DNA of 46,060 nucleotides, taken from positions 1-46,060 of the forward strand of contig JAFTTE010000069.1 in the NCBI GenBank assembly GCA_017466905.1, in the 5' to 3' direction. Below, in pieces: positions 8,349-17,179 of this stretch. The notes beneath the pieces are model-generated. The model saw nothing but the letters and a program-made list of their open reading frames with translations, was not told where the DNA came from and searched no databases. Numbering within the stretch: position 1 is the first letter of the stretch; each line of letters begins with the position of its first letter. The stretch is from Clostridia bacterium. GTDB taxonomy: Bacteria; Bacillota; Clostridia; Oscillospirales; Acutalibacteraceae. The position numbers and the translations under genes were made by a program.

Positions 8349-8756
8349 ATGAAAGAATATAACAAATCAAATATTCCTCTCGCAAAAACTTTAAGAAAAA
8401 ATATGACACCGTGGGAAAGAAAACTTTGGTACACATTTCTTAAAAACTATCCCATTCGCTTTCAAAGACAAAAATCCATTGGGAATTACATAGTAGATTT
8501 CTATTGTGCAAAGGCTAAACTTGTTGTAGAACTTGATGGTGGTGGACACTATACTAAAGAACAAATTAAAAAAGATAATATTCGCACTAAAGAATTAGAA
8601 GATATGAATTTAACAGTTTTAAGAATTTGCAATTTGGATATTGACCGAAATTTTTCTAATGTATGTGAATATATAGATTTGGCAGTTAAAAAATCTCTCC
8701 CTCAGTCAGCTATGCTGACAGCTCCCTCATCAGAGGGAGCCAAGAACGCAACATAA
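8349..8756 (+). CDS. DUF559 (Vsr-like endonuclease fold) domain protein
   Basis: LRKNMTPWERKLWYTFLK..RFQRQKSIGNYIVDFYC..KLVVELDGGGH is the typical DUF559 core. The C-terminal tail is encoded by hairpin repeats. Confidence 0.8.
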   Translation: MKEYNKSNIPLAKTLRKNMTPWERKLWYTFLKNYPIRFQRQKSIGNYIVDFYCAKAKLVVELDGGGHYTKEQIKKDNIRTKELEDMNLTVLRICNLDIDRNFSNVCEYIDLAVKKSLPQSAMLTAPSSEGAKNAT

Positions 8757-8786
8757 AATGCAAATGTTTAATTAATACATTTAGTC

Positions 8787-8821
8787 AAAAGAGCAAGGAT
8801 ATAAAATCCTTGCTCTTTTTG
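8787..8821 (+). terminator. Rho-independent terminator
   Basis: AAAAGAGCAAGGAT-ATAAA-ATCCTTGCTCTTTT followed by TG. Confidence 0.8.
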
Positions 8822-8859
8822 CGTTGTCGTGGTACAATAGACAAAAGAGGTGAGCACAA

Positions 8860-9813
8860 GTGACGTACAACGAATTTATGATTGAATCATTAACAAAGCA
8901 GTTGCATCAGGGTGAAACGTTATTGCATCCAATTGTGGCAAGGCAAGAAACGCTTGACGGTTTAGAAAACGTTTTCTTGGGTTTTACCGAAAATTTTTTA
9001 CTTATACTACGCTTTTCAGGAAAAACAATCGTATCTTCTGAACGAAGACCGCTTGATATAAAATCTGTAAAAATAACTAAACAGTTTATGGGTGGAGAAT
9101 ACAAAATTAATATTTGCTTTAGCCAAGATTCACCACTTGTGTTTTATGCCGCGTTAAAACCGCTGGCTTACAAAATGCAGAAGAAAAATCTGCCTGAATT
9201 TATACAATTTTTAGAGGAAAAATCATCCAATAAAAATGGAAATGATTTAAAAAGCATCGACGGCATAAAAATCCGCAGGCAATATTTTAATACCATTTTA
9301 ATTGCTTTGCTTATGATGATTCCAACTGTTTATCTTTTTATTGCTGTTTCCCAACTTATAAGTGATGGAAAAATAAGTGCGGATTTTTGGACTGATACGG
9401 CGATTATTACACCGGTTATTGCGGCTATGGCTCTGCCTTTTGTTATTCTTTCATTTCTTAACCGCTATGTGTTCGGTAAATTGGTTGCTGTAATAAACGA
9501 AAAAGGTATTTATTTAGAAAACTATTTTTTGTCATGGAATAAAATAGAGCAGATTCACTACATCCCACACGGTCGTTCGCGCAGTTCCGAAATGCGCAAA
9601 TTATACACTCGCGCAGTATTTACCGTGAAGAACGATTTTGGCAAAGATTTTGACATAAAGGTAAATTTCTTTCCGCTTTATGCTTATTTCAAAATTAAAA
9701 AATGGCATCCCGAAATAAAAAGCAAATTAGATAAAACGGATATTGTTATATTTGCGTTGGTTCCAATAGTAGCGATATTGGTTTTTGTTATTGAGATGTT
9801 TGTCAAAAGATAA
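8860..9813 (+). CDS. Hypothetical membrane protein (two soluble PH-like segments around a TM bundle)
   Basis: 317 aa with a GTG start 6 nt after AGAGGTGA. Hydrophobic helices lie at about aa 150-205 and 295-315. No catalytic motif recognised. Confidence 0.6.
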   Translation: MTYNEFMIESLTKQLHQGETLLHPIVARQETLDGLENVFLGFTENFLLILRFSGKTIVSSERRPLDIKSVKITKQFMGGEYKINICFSQDSPLVFYAALKPLAYKMQKKNLPEFIQFLEEKSSNKNGNDLKSIDGIKIRRQYFNTILIALLMMIPTVYLFIAVSQLISDGKISADFWTDTAIITPVIAAMALPFVILSFLNRYVFGKLVAVINEKGIYLENYFLSWNKIEQIHYIPHGRSRSSEMRKLYTRAVFTVKNDFGKDFDIKVNFFPLYAYFKIKKWHPEIKSKLDKTDIVIFALVPIVAILVFVIEMFVKR

Positions 9814-9871
9814 ACTTTATATTTATAACCAAAAGTTGTTTAACTTGAAATAAATATTAAGGAGATTATAT

Positions 9872-11182
9872 ATGATTTCATTATTTAAAGATTTAAAAAT
9901 CGCATATTTTTTAACTACATTTACAGGCGGTATTTCAATCCTTTTGGTTATGGGTTCGTATGATATTAACACGCCGAGTTATTTTATAGCACTCTTATGG
10001 ATTGTAAGTTGCGCTATAGTATTTGTAAAAATAGCAACCAATCGTTTTAATAATATGCTTGCATCCGCAAACAAATCTTGCAATATTGAAGAAAGTTTAA
10101 ACCGTTTGTTTGCCATTTATAAAGGCAGAACGCACAAAAAAACGGACCTTGTTGTTGCTATTTATATTTCAAATCTTTTACTGCATTTTGGTAAAACCGA
10201 TTCTGCATTTAAAATTCTTTTACAATATAATCCTGAAATGTTGTTTAAAAACAAAAAGGAAGTTGTATATAAGTTTTTTTATTACTCAAATTTAGTTGCA
10301 TGTTATAATCGTTTTGACAAAGCGGACGAAGCACTTGATGCATATAAAAAGGCGGATGAAACACTCAACAGCCCTTACTTTAATAAAAAGCTTAAATCTG
10401 AATGTGAGATAATGCATAAAGCCAATTATTTAGTTATTACCGATGTTATAAATAATTGCGATGAAATTTTAAACTTACAAAAAATTGCTTTAGAAAAATC
10501 TAAATATTTACTGTCGGAAGTATCCACTAGATTTTCAATTGTATCTGTTCTTGCGGCTTGCGAAAGGCTGAATGAAGCAGAAGAACATATTAAGTTTATT
10601 AAAGAAAATGGCGGCGATACATTATATGCCAAGTGTGCATCACAAAACGATTTTAGCATTGATTTTGCAAAGGAATTAAATTCCAAACCGTTTGAAATTA
10701 ATCCAATAAAAACCAAGGACTATAAACCACTGATTTTCTCAATATTATTGACTGTTTTTATGGTTGTTGCAACAATTGTTTTTGGGTTTTTTACAGCAAA
10801 AACAGTTTATGTAATTAATTATAATAATTCTCAAACACAAGTTATTCACACTTTTGATAAAAAAGGTAATCAACTAACAATGGAATCGCAATCACACACA
10901 TATTTTTCGAACGAAGATGAGTTGAATATGCAATATAATCTTTGTTCTATATATCTTACATTGAATGATTATGAGGGTTGCAATGTTACCTTAACCGAAA
11001 ATAATGGCTTTATAGATATGGAGATGATTATTGATTTTAGCAAAACAACTAATGATATATATGATATTTTGAGTTTTAGTCCCAATGAACAAGATTTTAT
11101 AAATTCTGATAAAGATGATGAATATACAATACAAAAATATAAAGAATTTTTAGGGATAAGAGTGTTTGCCGGATTTATTTAA
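9872..11182 (+). CDS. Hypothetical membrane protein with helical-repeat (TPR-like) middle region
   Basis: 436 aa, RBS AAGGAGA. Two N-terminal TM helices, a helical repeat-like segment (..YYSNLVACYNRFDKADEALDAYKKA..), a third TM helix and a C-terminal domain of unknown function. Confidence 0.6.
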   Translation: MISLFKDLKIAYFLTTFTGGISILLVMGSYDINTPSYFIALLWIVSCAIVFVKIATNRFNNMLASANKSCNIEESLNRLFAIYKGRTHKKTDLVVAIYISNLLLHFGKTDSAFKILLQYNPEMLFKNKKEVVYKFFYYSNLVACYNRFDKADEALDAYKKADETLNSPYFNKKLKSECEIMHKANYLVITDVINNCDEILNLQKIALEKSKYLLSEVSTRFSIVSVLAACERLNEAEEHIKFIKENGGDTLYAKCASQNDFSIDFAKELNSKPFEINPIKTKDYKPLIFSILLTVFMVVATIVFGFFTAKTVYVINYNNSQTQVIHTFDKKGNQLTMESQSHTYFSNEDELNMQYNLCSIYLTLNDYEGCNVTLTENNGFIDMEMIIDFSKTTNDIYDILSFSPNEQDFINSDKDDEYTIQKYKEFLGIRVFAGFI

Positions 11183-11310
11183 TATAACTACATATTGCGA
11201 CCAAATTTAATTTGAGTCAAAAGAGCGTCGGCACAGAACCCAAAGGGGCGGTTTGCTATCTTATAGATGTGAAAATAATTAATAACTCCCAAAACAAAGG
11301 AGATGGTAAA

Positions 11311-11979
11311 ATGAAAACTCAAAAATATATCATTATCGCAATAACGGCGTTTGCCTGTCTTTGTATGGGATTGGTAGATGCAGTAATCCAACCGGGGTAT
11401 ATGATAAAATCAGCAATTAAAATAGTTTTATTCTTGCTGTTGCCAATACTTTATTCGCTTTATAATAAAGACTGCAAATTAACGCGACTTTTTAAGCCTG
11501 ACAAAAAGGGCATTTGGATAGCGCTCGGTCTTGGTGTCGGCGTGTATGCGGTAATACTTGCGGCATACTTTTTGTTTCGTAACGTTTTTGATTTTTCTGC
11601 CCTTACAACCAGCCTTACCTCGACCACAGGGGTCAACAAAAACAACTTTATCTTTGTAGCGATTTATATTTCTTTTGCAAACTCTTTGCTTGAAGAATTT
11701 TTCTTCCGCGGATTTGCGTTTTTAACGCTTAAAAAGGTGTCAAACAGAGGTCTTGCCTATATTATCAGCGCCGCTATGTTTGCGCTTTATCATATTGCTA
11801 TGATGATTGGCTGGTTCGGATTGCCTGTTATAATTCTTGCAATGATAGGATTATTTATAGGCGGAATAATTTTTAATTTCTTTAACGAAAAATATAACAA
11901 CATCTACCTTTCGTGGCTTATACATATGTTTTCTAACTTTGCCACCAACACAATAGGGTTTATTTTGTTTAATGTGTGA
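11311..11979 (+). CDS. CPBP-family intramembrane glutamic endopeptidase (CAAX/Abi)
   Basis: Motifs EEFFFRGF, FALYH and HMFSN in a polytopic membrane protein. Start at ATG 11311 after AAAGGAGA; the ORF track begins at 11212. Confidence 0.85.
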   Translation: MKTQKYIIIAITAFACLCMGLVDAVIQPGYMIKSAIKIVLFLLLPILYSLYNKDCKLTRLFKPDKKGIWIALGLGVGVYAVILAAYFLFRNVFDFSALTTSLTSTTGVNKNNFIFVAIYISFANSLLEEFFFRGFAFLTLKKVSNRGLAYIISAAMFALYHIAMMIGWFGLPVIILAMIGLFIGGIIFNFFNEKYNNIYLSWLIHMFSNFATNTIGFILFNV

Positions 11980-12108
11980 TTAAAAGCGATTGACAAAGAT
12001 TTGCTTTCTAAACAAAAGATAAAACGGGAAAAAAGAGTTGTAATTTCGGCTTTTTTATTGTAAAATACGTAAAAATATGGTAATGTGACTTTGAGGAGCG
12101 TGGGCGAT

Positions 12109-13491
12109 ATGTCAAAATATTTTAAGTGCACAACAAATAAAAATCCGCTTGAGTATACTTGCGGTGAAAAGATAGTTTTTACAGTATCTGCACGTGAAAA
12201 CCGTCGCGATATTGGTTGTCGATTTGTTAAATGGGTGTTACAAACCGACGACGGCCAGAAAAGTGAAGGCTTTGGTTCTTGTTGGGGCGGACATCCGCTG
12301 ATAGTGGAAGCAATACTTGATAAACCGGGCTTTGCGCGGCTTACCTGTACGGCATACGGTGAAAATTACGCTCCCGATCCTACCTTTCAGGTGCTAGACG
12401 CAAGCGCCGGTGCTGACGTAGAAAAGCTTTCTTATCTTGATACTGTTCCTGATGATTTTGATGATTATTGGGTAGAACTTAAAAACACAGTCGATAACTT
12501 CACCCCCGAACTTATTTCAAGTGTCGAAGTGACTTCGGGTGTGCCAGAGGGCATAAAATGCTACGATGTGCGCATCTCTACCCCTGAGGGTCGTCCTGCG
12601 TCGGGATATCTTTCAATACCTCAAAAAGAGGGCAAATACCCAATTTTCGTAACCCTTTTGGGCTATACCGTAGTAGGCGCATGGACCGTGCATCAACCCG
12701 ACGCAATTTCGCTCTGTCTTAATGCGCACGGCATTGAAAATGGACTTTGTCGCACCGAAACCGAATTAAAATACAAAGACGAACTCGAAAATTATGGCTT
12801 TAGCGTAGAAGAAAACTCGTCTAATATGACCACATATTGGCGCGGTATGATGCTGCGCGACCTTGTAGCACTGAAATATTTAAAATCACTGTCCCAATGG
12901 GACGGGAAAAATCTTTCTGTATCAGGCGGCAGTCAGGGAGCTTTTCAGTCAACGGTTATGGCATCTGTAGACCCCGATGTCACGTTTCTTGACATACGGG
13001 TGCCGTGGTTTTGCAATATGCGCGCCGAACAATTTGGCTTTATGAAGGGTGGTCGCCCCGAATTTGCTGAAGGCTTGCGCTATTTTGACACAGTAGCTCA
13101 TGCAATGCGCGTAAAATGTCCCGTTAATATGGAGATAGGCTTAGGCGATTACATTTGCCCGCCCGCGAGCACAATGACGCTTTATAATACCTTTAACTGC
13201 GAAAAAACACTTGATGTGGTGCAGTCGATGGTGCATTCGCTTGACCTACCGCCTGAGGATGAGCATTTTTATAAGATGTCGGACAGAATAAGCACAGGTA
13301 GATACCGTCATTTTAAGGGTAATGAGTATGAGGTTCTGGGCATTGCAACTCACAGTGAAACGGATCAAGAGGTTGTAATATATAAAGCGTTATACGGCGA
13401 ACAAAAAGTATGGGTAAGACCTGCGCATATGTTTAAAGAATATATATTCCACGGCGGCAAGTTCGTAAAAAGATTTGAGCATATAGATTAA
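12109..13491 (+). CDS. Acetyl xylan esterase / cephalosporin-C deacetylase (AXE1-like) fused to a C-terminal DUF1653 domain
   Basis: GGSQGA nucleophile elbow in an alpha/beta-hydrolase body. The last ~70 aa (GRYRHFKGNEYEVLGIATHSETDQEVVIYKALYGEQKVWVRPAHMF) are DUF1653-like. Start at ATG 12109 after GAGGAG. Confidence 0.8.
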   Translation: MSKYFKCTTNKNPLEYTCGEKIVFTVSARENRRDIGCRFVKWVLQTDDGQKSEGFGSCWGGHPLIVEAILDKPGFARLTCTAYGENYAPDPTFQVLDASAGADVEKLSYLDTVPDDFDDYWVELKNTVDNFTPELISSVEVTSGVPEGIKCYDVRISTPEGRPASGYLSIPQKEGKYPIFVTLLGYTVVGAWTVHQPDAISLCLNAHGIENGLCRTETELKYKDELENYGFSVEENSSNMTTYWRGMMLRDLVALKYLKSLSQWDGKNLSVSGGSQGAFQSTVMASVDPDVTFLDIRVPWFCNMRAEQFGFMKGGRPEFAEGLRYFDTVAHAMRVKCPVNMEIGLGDYICPPASTMTLYNTFNCEKTLDVVQSMVHSLDLPPEDEHFYKMSDRISTGRYRHFKGNEYEVLGIATHSETDQEVVIYKALYGEQKVWVRPAHMFKEYIFHGGKFVKRFEHID

Positions 13492-13504
13492 AATACATAA
13501 AGAA

Positions 13505-13535
13505 AACGAGCAAGGATTGACCCTTGCTCGTTTTT
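13505..13535 (+). terminator. Rho-independent terminator
   Basis: AACGAGCAAGG-ATTGAC-CCTTGCTCGTT followed by TTT. Confidence 0.8.
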
Positions 13536-13686
13536 ACACAATAAAAGGTTGCTTTGCGCTTTGCAAAACAACCAACAAAAATATTATATCAAATTTTGCG
13601 ATTCACGTCAATGATTTTTAATACGCGCTTAAAAATTTCTGCGTTTGGCATAAATCAAGGCTTTAATTTTTATATAACATTGCGGA

Positions 13687-13715
13687 TTGAAAAGCGCTTG
13701 AAGATATGATATATT
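13687..13715 (+). promoter_or_regulatory. Strong sigma-A promoter with extended -10 (orphan transcription unit)
   Basis: TTGAAA (13687..13692), a 17-nt spacer, then TGaTATATT (13707..13715). No annotated ORF lies downstream. Confidence 0.55.
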
Positions 13716-14046
13716 AAAGATACAGAAAGGGTGATACCCGATGTACAGGTAAAATACTCTTGGCGCTTAGAAAGCGATAGGGCAATACAATTTAATAGGC
13801 TTTAAGATTAAACATAAAAAATAAATACTAAAAACACAAAATATAAAAATCGCCCTTAAGCTGTCTTAAGAAACAAGAGTTTTACATAAGCCTTAAAAAC
13901 ATAGTTCACACCTCAAGAGAAGCTCGCTTAACGGGATTAGCAATAACGCGAAAAAGAGGACCAGGGAATGGGTGTTAAAATGAGGCAAAAAATTAAAGAA
14001 ACGCGAGGTACAACAAAAAGATGTTAGATATCAAGAGTGAACAAAA

Positions 14047-14107
14047 ATAACCCTTGACCGATAAAACTGTGTAAAGAAACAGCGGTCAAGGGTTATTTTG
14101 TTTTTTG
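14047..14107 (+). terminator. Rho-independent terminator closing the orphan unit
   Basis: AATAACCCTTGACCG ... CGGTCAAGGGTTATT (about 14 bp) with an inner CTGT/ACAG helix, followed by TTTGTTTTTTG. Confidence 0.75.
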
Positions 14108-14141
14108 TTGTTTTCGCCTTAAGGGGCGCTTTTTTTATGTC

Positions 14142-14173
14142 TAAAAACCCAGAACAGAAATTTCTGCTCTGGG
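14142..14173 (-). terminator. Terminator of the nagA-kinase operon
   Basis: Minus strand CCCAGAGCAGAAA/TTTCTGTTCTGGG hairpin followed by TTTTT. Confidence 0.7.
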
Positions 14174-14197
14174 TTGCTGATTTTTAATAATGATTTA

Positions 14198-15574
14198 TTA
14201 GTTAATCTTTGGTAAGCTTGCTGCTGCTACTGACTGACCAACGCGGCGAGCGTTTTCATCAGGAATGTTGAGGTTAATCTTTTTAGCAAGCTCGGGGAAT
14301 TCTTTATCGAGAACTTCCTGTGCTCTTTCAAGAAGAATTTCGCCGCCCTTGCCGCTGGTAACACGACCCATAATAAGAACGTGCTTAATATCATAGAATT
14401 CACTGTAATAAGCAATTGCATAACCAAAGTATGCGCCGATTGTGTCATAGATAGCGGCTGCTCTCTCGTCGCCTTCTTTCATAAGGTTTTGAACAACCTT
14501 AAGCTTTTCAGCGGGTGAAAGATTTTCGTCAAGCTCAATTCCAGCGTAAGGAGCAAGCTTGATTACGCCGTCTTGTGAGAAATACTTAACGCCGCAACCG
14601 TAGTCGCCCGACCACTCGTCTACCATTGCTTCAGTGCAAAAATCAACGGGAGCGAAAGCAAGCTCATTGAGCCAGCCTGTAATGTTGCCCTGTGGGTCAA
14701 CGTAACCTGCTGCTTCTGATGTACCCATAGCGATACCAAGAACAGAATTGTCATTAAGGTTCATAGCGCCTGCAAGCGCAGTAACGTCACCGTCGTTAGC
14801 AACTTCAATCGGAATATTTTCGCCGATTTCTTTTGCTACGTCGATATACATATTCTTAACTTTCTTTTCAAAGTCTTCGTCGTTAACTTTAAGGAACAAA
14901 GATGCTACCATTATGCGATTATCAACATAAACGCCGGCGCTTGACACACCAATAGCATCAACGCGGGGCATTTTTGAAGCGGCTGTTTTCATAGCCTCTA
15001 AGATGCCTTGATAGTGATAATCAGGGTCAGAGTTTGTCTTGGGGAACCAAACAACCTCTTCAGAGTATACGCTCTCGCCGTCAATAACTGCGCTTACCTT
15101 ACGGTCAGAGCCGCCTGCGTCAAAGCCGATGCGGCAGCCGTCAAGGTGGCGACCAACGGGAGAAGCAGATGACTTATCCTTTGGTGCGTCTGCGAGTGAT
15201 ACGCTTTCTACGCTGAACTTTTCTTCGTAAACGCGCTCCATAAAGCGAACGTCAAAGTCACGCGCGCCACCGTAAGAGTAAGCCTCTTTGATTTTGTCAG
15301 CTACTGTGTCAGAACCTGCGATAATAATCTTGTAACCGCCTGCAACCCACAAAAGTGTTTTTACAATACGCTCTACAAATGCATAGTTCTGGTCATCTTT
15401 ACCTGTACCGTCTTTGAAAATACGGGTTTTATATGTAGTGGTGTAACCCTTGTTACGCTCAACAGCGATAACAATGTCCTGTCCATCGTCCTTTGTTGCC
15501 TCGCGCATATCGCGGCAAACAACAGACATTGGGGCAAATTTTGGGTCAAGTTTAGCATTTACTTTAAGATTCAT
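14198..15574 (-). CDS. ROK/ASKHA-type sugar kinase with a ~140-aa N-terminal extension
   Basis: FDAGGSDRKV phosphate-1 motif, DGDVTALAG, and GTSEAAGY. Cotranscribed with nagA (11-nt overlap). RBS GGAGGAG. Confidence 0.7.
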   Translation of the reverse strand: MNLKVNAKLDPKFAPMSVVCRDMREATKDDGQDIVIAVERNKGYTTTYKTRIFKDGTGKDDQNYAFVERIVKTLLWVAGGYKIIIAGSDTVADKIKEAYSYGGARDFDVRFMERVYEEKFSVESVSLADAPKDKSSASPVGRHLDGCRIGFDAGGSDRKVSAVIDGESVYSEEVVWFPKTNSDPDYHYQGILEAMKTAASKMPRVDAIGVSSAGVYVDNRIMVASLFLKVNDEDFEKKVKNMYIDVAKEIGENIPIEVANDGDVTALAGAMNLNDNSVLGIAMGTSEAAGYVDPQGNITGWLNELAFAPVDFCTEAMVDEWSGDYGCGVKYFSQDGVIKLAPYAGIELDENLSPAEKLKVVQNLMKEGDERAAAIYDTIGAYFGYAIAYYSEFYDIKHVLIMGRVTSGKGGEILLERAQEVLDKEFPELAKKINLNIPDENARRVGQSVAAASLPKIN

Positions 15575-16706
15575 ATCTTACTTCTCCTCCAATAATGGTT
15601 TTTAATACATTAAAGCTGTCATCTGTTATGATGATATCAGCATCTTTACCTACATCAAGTGAGCCCTTGCGGTCTTCAACACCAATAGCGGTAGCAGGGT
15701 TAAGTGTTGCGCCGTTTACGCATTCGTTAAGCGGAATGTTAGAGTTGGTGTAAACATTCCAAACACCCTTGTTAAGAGGCAATACGCTACCTGCAACGGT
15801 ACCGTCTTCAAGTCGGCAAACAATATCGTTATAAATAATCTTGGTGCCGCCTAAAGTGTATTCACCGTAAGGCAGACCGCCTGCAGGCAAGCAGTCGGTG
15901 ATAAAGCAGAGCTTCCTACCCTTTATCTTATAAAGCAAATCATAGAAGCAAGCGTTTACATGGAAGGTATCAACAATTACCTCGCAGGTAACATCGCTGT
16001 TAAATGCTGCGGTTACAACACCGGGTGCTCTGTGAGCGAGTGGTGTCATAGCGTTAAAGAGGTGGGTTACGTGCTTTACGCCAACATTTGTACTTGCCAT
16101 TGCGGTGTCGTAGTCAGCGCTTGTGTGACCCATCGAGATTACAACATCGGTATCGCGCGCAATTTCGCGGATAGCGGCAAAGTCTTCTGTGTCGGTTTCG
16201 GGAGCAAGTGTGATAATTTTGATAATATCAGCATATTCCTTAACAAAAGCCGCATCTGGTTTTAGTATGTATTTGGGGTCCTGAGCGCCTTTCTTGCTCT
16301 CGCTGATAAACGGACCTTCAGCGTGGCAGCCAAGAATCTGTGAGCCTGCCCAGGTTTTGCTTTCTTCTTTTAACTCACGGCAAACCTCTAATGCCTTTCG
16401 TATAACCGCCATATCAACCGTCATTGTGGTGGGCAAAAAGCCTGTTACACCGTTTTTAACTATACCGCCTGCTATGGTGCGGATGCTCTCCTCCTCACCA
16501 TCGCAAACGTCTTTACTGAGATATCCGTGAATGTGAATATCAATAAGACCGGGCGATACATAGCCGCCGCACGCATCGATAACCTCAGCATCTGCGGGGA
16601 TTTGGTCGGGGTTTACAATACCCTCGATTACATCGCTGTAAAGCAGAGCCATATTCTCGACAACGCGGTCTTTTAAGATGATTTTTCCGTTAATAATGGC
16701 CTTCAT
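15564..16706 (-). CDS. nagA: N-acetylglucosamine-6-phosphate deacetylase
   Basis: GLIDIHIHG metal-binding motif, an amidohydrolase fold, ..HLFNAM.. and 380 aa. RBS GGAGG. Confidence 0.9.
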   Translation of the reverse strand: MKAIINGKIILKDRVVENMALLYSDVIEGIVNPDQIPADAEVIDACGGYVSPGLIDIHIHGYLSKDVCDGEEESIRTIAGGIVKNGVTGFLPTTMTVDMAVIRKALEVCRELKEESKTWAGSQILGCHAEGPFISESKKGAQDPKYILKPDAAFVKEYADIIKIITLAPETDTEDFAAIREIARDTDVVISMGHTSADYDTAMASTNVGVKHVTHLFNAMTPLAHRAPGVVTAAFNSDVTCEVIVDTFHVNACFYDLLYKIKGRKLCFITDCLPAGGLPYGEYTLGGTKIIYNDIVCRLEDGTVAGSVLPLNKGVWNVYTNSNIPLNECVNGATLNPATAIGVEDRKGSLDVGKDADIIITDDSFNVLKTIIGGEVRYES

Positions 16707-16906
16707 AAATTAACCTCCATTATAATATTTTTCCAATCTAATTTTACCAAAAACAAATATAAATTGCAATATGTATTTTTATCGTTTTAACCTAAAATTT
16801 ACAAAAAAACTATTGACAAAAGCGCCAATAGCACATATTATTTTTATATAAGAAAAAATTTAAAAACAATTCGGCGGAAATTCCGCCTGATACGGAGGAC
16901 ACTATT

Positions 16907-17134
16907 ATGGTATTTGAAAAAATGAAAAAGATTTTGGCAGAGCAGCTCGACGCTGACATCGACAGCATCACCCTTGAAACCGATATTCAGGATGACCTCG
17001 GCGCTGACAGCCTTGACGTTGTTGAAATGCTTATGTCTATTGAAGACGAGTTTGAGATTGAAATTCCCGATGAAAAAATCGAAGGTCTTAAGACAGTAGG
17101 TCAGGTTGTAGACTACATTCAGGATCATATGTAA
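16907..17134 (+). CDS. acpP: Acyl carrier protein
   Basis: 75 aa with the DLGADSLDVVE phosphopantetheine-attachment motif. RBS GGAGGA. Confidence 0.93.
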   Translation: MVFEKMKKILAEQLDADIDSITLETDIQDDLGADSLDVVEMLMSIEDEFEIEIPDEKIEGLKTVGQVVDYIQDHM

Positions 17135-17144
17135 TATTAAAGCA

Positions 17145-17176
17145 AAAGGAGCCTCTGCTTGGCAGAGGCTCCTTTT
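17145..17176. terminator. Bidirectional terminator between acpP and spoVT
   Basis: GGAGCCTCTGC-TTG-GCAGAGGCTCC flanked by an A-run and a T-run. Confidence 0.8.
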
Positions 17177-17179
17177 AGT

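Noticed and set aside
14115-14137. CGCC-TTAAGG-GGCG plus T-run as an additional plus-strand terminator
   Set aside because: The stem is only about 4 bp. The strong hairpin at 14047..14107 already accounts for termination.
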